This document shows, in pieces, positions 1 to 9,692 of a stretch of 32,000 nt of DNA (position 1 is its first letter; the number at the start of each line of letters is the position of its first letter). The stretch is from Candidatus Saccharimonadota bacterium (GTDB lineage Bacteria; Patescibacteriota; Gracilibacteria; BD1-5; UBA2023): contig OY970170.1 of assembly GCA_963706795.1 (NCBI GenBank), positions 1,110,001 to 1,142,000 of the forward strand, given 5' to 3'. A program made the position numbers and the translations under genes. The notes under the pieces were generated by a model, which made no database searches, was not told where the DNA came from, and was given only the letters and a program-made list of their open reading frames with translations.

Positions 1-260
1 AGTCAAAAATTCTCAATCTGACCGTAGTCATAAAACATATCACCAATACCAATTCCATTCTCATTGACGATAGCTTCTGCGGTATCTGGTGCGTTGTTTT
101 CGATCAGCAAATATACTCCTGCAAGTATAACAACTACGACCGAGAGTGCGTAGATTTGTGTCAAAAATCCCCAAATGGCGAGTGAGACAGTAGCGATACC
201 TGCGACGAGATACCAGCCTGCTCAGTGGTCGTGTTTTGTGGCGATGATCCAGTTGAACAT
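1..260 (-). CDS. hypothetical membrane protein, C-terminally truncated by the window edge (MFNWIIATKHDHGAGWYLVAGIATVSLAIWGFLTQIYALSVVVVILAGVYLLIENN...)
   Basis: ATG at complement 258-260 overlaps the TAA of the upstream gene as TAATG. The frame stays open to position 1 in code 25, with two in-frame TGAs. Two hydrophobic helices. Absent from the ORF track because of the TGAs. Confidence 0.45.
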
Positions 261-601
261 TAGAGATTGTCGATTACAAAACGGATAATAAACCATCCAG
301 AAACCGAGAGCACAAAGCCGGTGATACCTGCAGTGATGATCTTTTTACCGGTTTCTTTGTCATTAGAGAGTGAGCCAAGACCCATGCGGACTGCGCCGTA
401 AATGATCATGACCACTGCTACTGTACCAGAGAGGCCGAGTATATAGTTGGTAATATTGATGATGATATTGGGAATATCATTAAATCAGACCTCTCCATTG
501 CGGAGCTTGTCATCAGAGACACCAATCCAATTGCTTGCGGCGAAGGCCTGAGATACCCCAAGGTTCGTGATCGCAAAGAGTGAGAAAAGAAAACGCTTCA
601 T
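260..601 (-). CDS. small secreted membrane protein, T4SS-pilin-like (TrbC/VirB2-like), 113 aa
   Basis: ATG at complement 599-601, TAA at 260-262, one in-frame TGA at 485-487. Signal peptide MKRFLFSLFAITNLGVSQAFA followed by two hydrophobic helices (ILGLSGTVAVVMIIYGAV, ITAGITGFVLSVSGWFIIRFVI), the layout of CPR T4SS-pilin family proteins. Invisible in the standard-code track. Confidence 0.5.
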
Positions 602-641
602 GGAGGCATTATAGAGACATTACGTACTTTCCCAAGTCTTC

Positions 642-669
642 TTGGAAAAAGTTGTGAGTTGTCTATAAT
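642..669 (+). promoter_or_regulatory. candidate sigma70-type promoter for pheT (TTGGAA-16 nt-TATAAT)
   Basis: Hexamers read directly at 642-647 and 664-669, 23 nt upstream of the pheT ATG, in the divergent intergenic region. Confidence 0.35.
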
Positions 670-692
670 ACGCCAAAACTTCACTACATTTT

Positions 693-3137
693 ATGAAACT
701 TCCGCTTTCATGGATCGGCGTTTTTGCGTCGGTTGAAAATCCTCTTGCCACGCATGGCGCTAAAGAACTCGCGCATATCTACTCGACCCATACTTCCGAA
801 ATCGAAGGCTATGAAGCATTTGGCGACTACGATAAAGTGGTTGTTGGTCGCGTTATTTCGACTGAGCGACATCCCGAATCCACCAAACTCTGGATCACAA
901 AAGTGGATCTTGGAAAGCATGGTGAAGAGACGATTTTGACCGGAGCTCAAAATATTCCTGATGCAAAATACGTGCCAGTTGCAATGGTGGGCGCAGCACT
1001 TTCACCAGATTTTGTTATTACAGAGCGCAAAATGGCTGGCATGATCAGCCGTGGAATGATCTGTGGTGCCGACGAAATCGGACTCTCAAAGCAGGTGTCT
1101 ACAGGTATCATGATCCTCGAAGAATTCTTTGAAGAATCTATTCTTGCCAAGCAGCTTGGTGAAAATCTCTTTGATCTCGAAGTTGCGATCCCTGATATCG
1201 CAGGTGGGTCAAAGATGATCAAAATCAGCGGTACCGGATTTGAAATCGACAACAAGAGCGTGACTAACCGCCCCGATCTCTTTGGAATCCTGGGTCATGC
1301 ACGCGAATTTGCAACTCTCTTTGATCTCGAATTCACGGCACCAAAATACCCACTTGAAGCCCTTCCTGCTGGTAATCTGCCAACCGAAGTACTCTCTAAA
1401 AATGTGCTCTCGTACCATCTTATGAAGATTGAAGGGGTTACGCCGAAGCCTTCACCGCTTGGAATTTCTCTCATGCTTGAGCAGAGTGGACATCAGACTC
1501 GACTTGATCTTGTGGATATCACGAACTACCTCATGACCGAGCTTGGTCAGCCAATGCACGTATTTGATGCGGATAAGGTCGATGGTCACATCATTGTTCG
1601 TCAGGCCCAAAAAGGCGAGACACTCGTAGCACTCGACGGTAAAACCTATACATTCGAATCATCTGATCTTGTGATCGCAGATCAAAAAAAGGTTCTTGCG
1701 ATTGCCGGTGTTATGGGCGGGATGGATTCTGGAGTTACAGAATCTACACAAAATATCTATTTTGAATCCGCAGTCTTCGATCCTACTGCGATTCGTCTCA
1801 CAGCACAGAGACTCGCTATTCGTACGGATGCCTCAACTCGCTACGAAAAATCGCTCGATCCAATGATGAGCAAACAGGCACTCGCTCGAGCAATTCAGTT
1901 GATGACATTTTTGGGTCAAAAAAGTACGATTTCTGGCACTTCCTACTATCTCGACGAAACCCGAGTAAAAAAGATTGAGCTTACAGTAGCCGTAGAGTTC
2001 ATCCGTAATAAACTCTGAAAAGACATCTCAGAAACTGAGATGATCCATACTCTCACTAAGCTCGGATTTGATCCGAAGCTCTCGAATGGTGTTATTGCAG
2101 TTACTGTTCCTTCATGGCGAGCGACAAAGGATATCTCACTCAATGAGGATATCGTCGAGGAAATCGGACGTATCCATGGATATGATGAGATCGATGAGCG
2201 ACCAATTCCAGGACTCTTTGATATTTCGAAGCGCAATTACTGGACTGAATTCCGTGCCATCACCCAGGATTATTTTGCGGGCAAGGCCCTCTACGAAGCC
2301 TTCAACTATTCATTTTCTAATGAAGCGAAGGATCGAGGAATTCTCATTGAAAACTTCGATGATGCGGTGCGTATAAAAAATGCAGTGAGTGAAGAATTTA
2401 CGCTCATGCGTCGATTTATGGCACCACTTCTCCTTATTAATGCTCGAGAAAACCGTAAGCAGTCTCAAAAATTCGGATTTTTCGAAATCGCAAAAATCCA
2501 TACGAAACATGCAGAGAATGATTTTTCGGAGAGCAAAAGAGTTGCTGGAATTTTGATTGGTTCGGATATCCAAGATCTCAGAAATCTCATCGATGGATAT
2601 TTTGCGCAGACTACTTCTGCTGATCTTGCTTGGAAAATAGAGCAGGGTGTCACGGATACGACTCCGTATTTTCATCCAAATAAATCAGGTCGCTACATGC
2701 TAGGTGATGACTGTATTGCGACATTTGGATATATTCATCCGCGTGTCCTCACTAACTTTGATCTCACTGGTGAAGAAGTTGTATTCTTTGATATCGACGC
2801 CGAAAAACTTGCTGCACTTGCGCGCAAAAAATCGGTTGCGTATCGCGAACCTTCAAAATTCCCAAGCATTTCGCGTGAACTGAATTTTGTTCTTCCTGAT
2901 CGTGAAAACACTGGAAATATTGCCCGCGCGATAGCCGCTGTTGATCCTCGCATCTCTTCACCAAAAGTTGTTGATACCTATATAGATGAGACAAAAGTGG
3001 GGGTTGGCAAAAAATCTGTAACCTTCTCATTTATGATCGAAGATCGTACAAAAACGATCACCGATGAAGAAGCAGGGGAGATCCAATCACGTGTTATTTC
3101 TGGACTCGCAGAAAAGGGATATATGCTTCGTAGCTAA
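693..3137 (+). CDS. pheT: phenylalanine--tRNA ligase beta subunit, 814 aa
   Basis: Track ORFs 693-2018 and 2040-3137 are in the same frame and joined through TGA 2019-2021 (IRNKL-G-KDISETEMIHTLTKLGF, B5-domain context). N-terminal tRNA-binding domain (MKLPLSWI...HPESTKLWITKVDLG), B3/4 region and C-terminal anticodon-binding-like domain. Confidence 0.93.
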
Positions 3138-3145
3138 TTGATATA

Positions 3146-3176
3146 AAAAAGCGCTCAATATTGAGCGCTTTTTTTG
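3146..3176. terminator. rho-independent terminator after pheT
   Basis: Perfect inverted repeat GCGCTCAA/TTGAGCGC (3151-3168, abutting arms, apical pairs presumably open as the loop), flanked by an A-run and TTTTTTT. Confidence 0.8.
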
Positions 3177-3208
3177 ATACTGGCGAAGTTCCTCATATAC
3201 TTTGATTC

Positions 3209-5452
3209 ATGAGTCATGCAGCCAGCGCCATAGTTCCGTTGCCAACTACGGATTATACTGCCGTCGATCGTATCGTCGACGATATTATTAGTGTGGTTAT
3301 TGCCTATATGGATGGCATTTCGCACGACTTTATTAGATCCGAAATTCGAAAGGCCTACATATTCGCGCGCGATGCTCACGAAGGTCAAATGCGCAAATCG
3401 GGCGATCCCTATATCATCCATCCAGTAGAAACCGCCAAGATTCTCACTATTTTGAAGCCCGATATTATCACTCTCCAGTGTGCATTTTTGCATGATGTTG
3501 CTGAAGATACGGAAAAAACAGTTCAAGATATTGAAAACGTCTTTGGTCCCGAGGTTGCGCACATCGTCTCTGGGATGGAAAAACTCTCCAAAGTAAAATA
3601 CCGCTGAGAGGAGCGCTCGATTGGAAGTATGCGTAAAATGTTCGTAGCTATGAGCGAGGACATTCGTCTCATCCTCGTAAAATTTGCAGACCGCATCCAC
3701 AATATGCGTACGCTCGATCATCATCCAGATCCCGAAAAGCGCCGTCGTATTGCACTGGAAACCCTCAATATCTATGCACCAATCGCTGATCGCTTGGGTA
3801 TATTTGATTTTAAAGAAATGCTCGAAACAGAGTGTTTCCGTATTTTGTTTCCGGATGATTTTGCGCGTATTACACGTGAACTTGCCGAGCTTTCGGACGA
3901 GCAAAATATCTTTTTGCATGAAGCGAAGCACATGCTTCTGGAGTTTATTCCTGAGCATATTGCGATCTACGAAATTTCCTCACGTATCAAGTCGCCATAC
4001 AGCATCTATAAAAAAATGATGCGTAAGGAATATGATCATGTAAATGATCTTTATGATCTTTTTGCACTGCGCGTTATTACCGAAACGATTCCTCAGTGTT
4101 ATGAACTTTTGGGATTGATACACAATCACTACACGCCGGTTCCACGTCGGCTCAAGGACTATATCGCTCTTCCAAAGCCAAACGGATATCAGTCGATCCA
4201 CATCACGATTTTGTGAATGCTGCAAGATCATCGCAGACTTCCGACGGAGATCCAGATCAGAACACTTGCCATGCACAAGCAAGCCGAAATCTGAGTTGCT
4301 GCACATTTTGAATATTCTGAAACCGGTAAATCTGAGTTTGCTAAGGATATTTATTGGGTAAATGAGCTCAAAGAACTTCTCGCGACCACGGCCGACGGCG
4401 AGCTGATTTTTGAGATGAAAACGAATGTATTTGATGATCGTATCTTTATCTTTACACCGAAGGGTGCGGTTATCAATCTACCAAAAGAATCAACACCGAT
4501 AGATTTCGCATATGCGATACATTCGGAGCTTGGTAACCAACTTGCTATCGCCAAGGTCAATGGGAAGGTTGCACCGCTTGATTCGGTCCTTCATAATGGA
4601 GATCGAGTTGAGATCGTTACCGAAAAAAACAAAGGCCCATCTGTGACATGGCTCTCGTTCATTAAAACCTCGCGTGCAAAAGAAGTTATCCGCTCACAGA
4701 TCAATCGCGAGCAACGAGAAATGCTCATCGAGCGCGGACGCTTTGTGCTCTCGAGCTATCTTGAGAAACATTTTGGGAAGGGGCTCGACAAGGATCTCAC
4801 CATCCTCAAGCACGTAGATGGCCGACTCCTCGATACTAAAGGCAAAGAAGAAATCCTCCTTCAGATTGGAAACCTCTCTCGTAAACCTGGCTCAGTCGTC
4901 AGAGCGATCGAGTGAATCGTCCTACCGCCGATCAAGCAAGAAGAGCCTAAAAAGCCTCGTTCGCGTAAAGCAGCAACTCCAGAGGCTGTCGAACATCCAT
5001 TTGGTGAACTGATTATTGGTGGCCAACCAGGAATCCCACATCGTTTTGCGAAGTGCTGTAGTCCAGCACCAGGAGATCGTGTGGTTGGATACATCAATAA
5101 AATGGGCGTAAATATCCATAAAGTTGCCTGTGCTTCGATCAAAAATGGAAGCCTCGATCGTCTCATTCCGGCAAATTGGTCCAATATTCCGGTTCAATCA
5201 TCGAAGCTTCGCATCGAGATCCTTGTCGAAAATCGTCTCGGTGTACTGCGCAAACTCACAGATATTTTTTATCTCATGCGTATCAATATCGATGAGATTG
5301 CCCAAAAAACTGAGAGCAATGGTGAGCTCGCAAGACTCTATCTCTTGCTCTCGATGGATGAAGACGATTACTATCTCTATGATCGTCTGATTGAGCGAGT
5401 TAAGCTCTCTGTACCCGAATATCGCAATTCTTCACTGGTTGAGATTACATAA
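3209..5452 (+). CDS. rel: bifunctional (p)ppGpp synthetase/hydrolase, RelA/SpoT homolog, 747 aa
   Basis: Four same-frame track ORFs (3209-3607, 3629-4216, 4415-4915, 5081-5452) joined through TGAs at 3605, 4214, 4292 and 4913. HD domain (FLHDVAEDT), synthetase motifs (ADRIHNMRTL, YQSIHITI, IQIRTLAMHKQAEI-G-VAAHF), TGS domain and C-terminal ACT-like domain. Confidence 0.93.
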
Positions 5453-5454
5453 AA

Positions 5455-5479
5455 AGGACCTCGTTGGAGGTCTTTTTTA
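5455..5479. terminator. rho-independent hairpin between convergent rel and tatD
   Basis: AGGACCTC-gttg-GAGGTCT followed by TTTTTT. The T-run overlaps the tatD stop codon. Confidence 0.7.
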
Positions 5480-6316
5480 TGTAATCTGGTAAAATCGGAG
5501 ACTATTCTCAAATACGATTTTTTCGACGATATCTGCTGGTTCGCTTCTGAGCTCTTTGAGTTTGTCGAGAACGTATTTGGTGTATGCAGGCTCATTTGCT
5601 TCTCATCTCTTGGGTACTGGCGTCAAAAATGGCGCATCTGTCTCGACCAGTATTCGATCTAGTGGAATCTTGCTTGCGGCTTCCTGGATAAGAGGTGCGT
5701 TTTTATAAGTCAGAATTCCAGAAAAACTAAAATATATTTGGTCCGAAAATTCAAGAAGAGACTTTGCAAAATCCCAGTTTTCGGAGAAGCAGTGGATCAC
5801 GCAATAACGTACGTCATATTTTTTGATATATGCGATCGTGTCATCTGCTGCATCTCGTGAATGAATGACGAGTGGTAACCCAAATTCTCGTCCGAGATCT
5901 GCTTGTTTTTTAAACCAAAAATACTGCTCTGATCTTTGTTCTGCCTCTTTTCATGTCTCAAGGTAGTGATAATCCAGTCCTGTTTCTCAGATCGCAACAA
6001 TCTGTGCTCGATTGTCTATGATGAGATTTCGCATAGCTTCGTAGATGTCCTCTGGATTTTGCGGAAGGGAGATCTCACTTTCACTCGAACGTACTTTTTG
6101 AGTGTTGGGATCTTGGGCATCCACTGGATGAAATCCTACCGTTGCATAAAAATGCTCATATTTATGAGCGAGTGCGATTGCAGATTGCGAGCTCGCAATA
6201 TCACATCCAATCTGTACCGAATGAGTCACTCAGAGCGCCTTCATATTTGCTAAAATCTCCGACTCGCGGGGAGCTAGAGTATCAAAATAGATATGCGAAT
6301 GGGTATCAAATATCAT
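5477..6316 (-). CDS. tatD: TatD-family metal-dependent hydrolase/DNase, 279 aa
   Basis: Starts MIFDTHSHIYFD. In-frame TGAs at 6230, 5987, 5951 and 5603 fall in KAL-G-VTH, AI-G-ETGLDY, LET-G-KEA and PKR-G-EANEPAY. Also VIHSRDA and VETDAPFL motifs. Unites track ORFs 5603-5800 and 5987-6229. Confidence 0.9.
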
Positions 6317-6651
6317 TAGTACACGCGGGTTCAGAGTGGAACTTCTTGGTCGGGTTTGAGTAGGATAACTCATCCTTCGCTATCAACACCAGTCACAAGT
6401 ACTTCCGAAATAAATGGTCCAATCTGGCGCGGTGGGAGATTAGTAACGGCAATCACCAGCCTATCCATGAGCTCCAAAGGCGCATATTTTTGTGTGATCT
6501 GAGCGCTCGAGCGTTTAGTGCCAATCTCGGGACCAAAATCGAGAGTGAGCTTATATGCGGGTTTTCGTGCTTCGGGAAAAGACTCAACCGCTATGATGCG
6601 ACCGACTCGTAATTCGACAGAAAAGAAAACCTCAGGATCAATAGTGCTCAT
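6316..6651 (-). CDS. csaA: tRNA-binding domain protein, CsaA/EMAP-like, 111 aa
   Basis: Near-colinear with my remembered B. subtilis CsaA (RVGRIIAVESFPEARKPAYKLTLDFGPEIGTKRSSAQIT...PPRQIGPFISEVLV). Extends past TGA 6370 and TGA 6331 (EVPL-G-TRVY) to TAA 6316-6318, which overlaps the tatD ATG as TAATG. ATG at 6651 preferred over the track's TTG at 6669. Confidence 0.85.
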
Positions 6652-6705
6652 ATGGCTTGAATACAACAAGAATTACCATATTATCCATTTTCTTCCCTTT
6701 GCAAT

Positions 6706-7359
6706 ATGCGACTCAAAAATCGAGCCGAGATCACTGAGATTATCCAAACTGTCGAATCCCTCTACGGCTGAACGGTGATTGAACTCGATTATTCAACGCC
6801 ATTTCAACTCCTCATGGCGGTTATTCTTTCGGCGCAAACTACTGATAAGCAGGTCAATCGTATCACTCCGCCGCTTTTTAAAAAAGTGCGGGAGCCTCAG
6901 GATATGCTCGCACTTGAACTTGATGAGATCATGGAGTATCTCAAATACGTCAATTACTACCGCAATAAATCAAAATTTGTGTATGGCTGCGCTATAAAAC
7001 TCGTAGAAGAATTCGACGGAATTATCCCCAATGATCTCACTACACTGATGACCTTCCCATGAGTTGGGATCAAGACAGCAAAGGTTGTACTCTCTGTTTT
7101 ATATGATGCGCCGTATGTCGGTGTAGATACACATATTCATCGTGTTTGTAACCGAATATGACTCGTTCGAACTACCACGCCTGAGGCAACAGATAAGGCT
7201 ATTGTAGAACGTCTCACCCTCGAGCAGCGCGTAGGAATGCACCACCCATTTGTCCTCTTTGGTCGCTATCACTGTACGGCGCGTAGTCCAAAATGTGACA
7301 CCTGCAAACTCCAAAAACTCTGTAATTATTATCAAGAAGCTTTCAAAAAAGCACAATAA
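6706..7359 (+). CDS. nth: endonuclease III (DNA-(apurinic/apyrimidinic site) lyase), 217 aa
   Basis: ATG 6706. TGAs at 6769, 7060 and 7159 give the HhH-GPD motif TFP-G-VGIKTAKVVL and NRI-G-LV. C-terminal 4Fe-4S motif CTARSPKCDTCKLQKLC (C-x6-C-x2-C-x5-C). TAA 7357-7359. Confidence 0.92.
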
Positions 7360-7705
7360 AAAAATGGGACCAGTATCGATCCCAAAAAGAAGGAGTATTG
7401 CGGCTTTTGCATCTAATCCAAGAGCAGACTGAGTTGCCTCAATCATTTCTTCTCCCGTTACAGACATGATTATTGATTGCATATCCAGTGCAAGATAGCA
7501 ACATCAGTATTGGTTAACGACATGACGCTCTTTGCTCATGAACATATCGTCCCCAGAGTATGAGGTGAACGGTTTCCCTCTCTCCTGTAGTATCTTATTA
7601 GTGGTTCGAAACTCCGTTGTCTTTGGCCAACTAAGTCCGTATCCAATAATATTTTTGGTGATACGGAGGGTATCTTAGGTATTCATTCTCGGGTGTCAAT
7701 TCTGA

Positions 7706-8080
7706 CTAGGTCAAAAGATCTGCGAGAATGGATTCGAATGCTTTTCGATCATTTTTGCCAATATGGACCTCGCCGATTTCGTGGGCAATTCGGTTACGAA
7801 GTTTGTGGAGTCTCCAGACTTCTTGGATGTCAGAGAGGATGCGAGGTTGTTTTTTGAGTTGGTCGGCCACGGTTCAGGTATAGCCGTAATCTGTGAGAAT
7901 ATGCGCGAGAATTTTGTCGTATTCCATAATCGCTTCGCGATCCGAGAGATTTTGGACGCGCGTAAGTTTGTTACGATAGTATTCTTTTTTGGACTGCGTA
8001 AGTGATTTCTTGCGAGAGAATCGAAACGCGAGAAAAAAGACTCAGAGAATGAGCAATATAATAATTGCGAGACCGAACAT
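7706..8080 (-). CDS. small membrane-anchored protein with C-terminal Rx4H (HEPN-like) motif, 124 aa
   Basis: ATG at complement 8078-8080, TAG at 7706-7708, two in-frame TGAs. N-terminal TM helix MFGLAIIILLILGVFFLAF, then a helical region ending WRLHKLRNRIAHEIGE. Not in the ORF track. The track ORF 7763-8005(+) is its antisense shadow. Confidence 0.5.
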
Positions 8081-8097
8081 TTGCATACAATGAGTAT

Positions 8098-9639
8098 ATG
8101 AAATTTTTAAAAAAATCCGCTTTCCTTCTTGGGATTTTGTTTGTGCTTTTTCCGTGCTCGATTTTTGCGCATCCGCTCGATATTTCTTCGTCGACTCTCA
8201 CTCTTCATGATCAGGAAATTGACGGGATAACCTATCTGCATCCAAGCGAAGTTGAGGCGATTTTGGGACGCAGGGGATTGTCGATGCGAGCTCTTACGTA
8301 TGGGGATTATTATACGTACAAACAATATCTTTTTGATTATTTGATCACAAAAGTCCGTATTCAGTCATGAGATGCGAGTTGTACGCTGAGTAATTTTTCG
8401 ACGACGGATTTGGGGGTCGATGAAATCTTTACGTCAGGTTTTCCGGTCCGATATCGCGTTAAGTGTCCAGCGAAGATTGATGGCTTCTCGTTGCATGTTG
8501 AGATTTTTAGTGAGCTTCCACTGCAGACAAATCGCGTACTGTTATATGATGGCAAAACAGGGAATACTATTCTCTATAAGGTCTTTACGGCGAAGCAGAC
8601 CGAGTATGTCTATACACCAGGGGCACAGACTAAATTGGTAGATACTGATCATGATAGTCTCTCAGACGAAGAAGAAAAACTCTATCGAACCGATCCCACA
8701 AAAACCGACACCGACGGGGATTTTTATACTGACTACGAAGAAGTTATGTCCGGTTGGAATCCGCTCTCTAAAAGTCCATCACCATGACAGAATCTTCGTA
8801 TTGCGCCTTCAGATAAACCCTTCTCGCTTCCGACGAATATAACGCAGTCATGAGACGGAATGGCACCTGGCTCATATGAGCAAAATACTGATGCATGATC
8901 CGGTGGGACTCTTACGCTCGCGAGTTCGGATACCACGCTCTTTACACTCTTTAAAAAGATCCTTGGGCAAATAGACGGACTTCGTAGTGGGAAGGCTGAT
9001 ACACAGGTTGTCTTTTTTATTTTGGCACTTTTGGTAATGCTTGGCTTTTTACATGCGCTCGGGCCTGGCCACTCGAAGGGATTTTTGGTTGGATATATTT
9101 TGGCGGAATGAGCGAGTGTCGGATCAAGTCTTATGTATGCTCTGATCTTTACACTCATTCATCTCGCTGATATCGTGATTATTACGCTTCTCGCGAAGTT
9201 CGCATTTGCGTATTTTGATCCGACACAGTTTTTGGAACAGATCGAATTTTTTGGAGCGCTGGGGCTTTTGTGTCTGTCGCTTGTACTTTTTTTTGCAGCA
9301 GTAAGGCTTATTCGGAAGCAAAAAAAGATTGGACTCGAGCGAACGAAGCCTTCTAAAAAGGGACTCTGGATCGCATTTTTTGCAGGATTGGCGCCCTGTA
9401 CTTTTGCATGGAGTATTGTGCTTGTACTCTTTGCTATTGGGCAGATGCAGTACGCGTTGCCTTTTTTGCTCGCGCTGTGAACGGGTGTCTTTTTGTGTCT
9501 CGGAACTCTTGCACTCATCACACATAAAGTCCGAGATCGGATTTACGGACTCAATGGCAGTATTGCGTATTATTCGCCGCTTGTTTCGTCGGTTTTTATT
9601 TTTACACTTTCGGTATTTTTCTTGATACGATTCCTCTAG
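8098..9639 (+). CDS. NicO/RcnA-like nickel/cobalt transporter fused to an N-terminal extracytoplasmic domain with thrombospondin-type-3-like Asp-rich repeats, 513 aa
   Basis: One frame unites track ORFs 8065-8370, 8410-8787 and 9133-9480 through 6 TGAs. Signal peptide MKFLKKSAFLLGILFVLFPCSIFA. Asp-rich stretch DTDHDSLSDEEEKLYRTDPTKTDTDGDFYTDYEE. NicO signature LHALGPGHSKGF followed by multiple TM helices. TAG 9637-9639. Confidence 0.7.
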
Positions 9640-9640
9640 A

Positions 9641-9668
9641 TTGACTCCGATTTTAAATATAGTATAAG
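9641..9668 (+). promoter_or_regulatory. candidate promoter for the giant ORF (TTGACT-16 nt-TATAAG)
   Basis: Hexamers at 9641-9646 and 9663-9668 in the 53-bp gap upstream of ATG 9693. Confidence 0.4.
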
Positions 9669-9692
9669 TTCTCAAACTTTTTTCTTCGACCT

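Noticed and set aside
3155-3958. Long standard-code ORFs antisense to real genes: 3155-3958(-) 267 aa, 15068-15766(-) 232 aa, 11045-11542(-) 165 aa, 30426-30956(-) 176 aa, 9124-9675(-) 183 aa, and others
   Set aside because: Each lies fully inside a recognisable or much longer sense-strand gene (rel, yaaA, the giant ORF, DUF2130, NicO). Their composition is low-complexity or junk-like, and they match no family motif. I treat them as shadow ORFs.
693-5452. Fragmented pheT, rel and other genes read as pseudogenes or frameshifted genes
   Set aside because: All fragments of a gene share one frame. The only interruptions are TGA codons, and conserved motifs continue seamlessly across them. Decay would produce frameshifts and a mix of stop codons.
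7099-7482. 127-aa ORF on the minus strand (longer in code 25) overlapping the 3' end of nth
   Set aside because: It would require a convergent overlap of about 260 nt with a well-supported nth gene, and the overlapping part looks like antisense noise. Only the non-overlapping upstream part is flagged, within the 7360-7705 finding.
7595-7630. GGTTCGAAAC T-loop-like string suggesting a tRNA or tmRNA 3' end, possibly the expected tRNA-Gly(UCA)
   Set aside because: I could not build a T-stem, an acceptor stem or an anticodon arm around it on either strand, and there is no CCA-proximal acceptor pairing.
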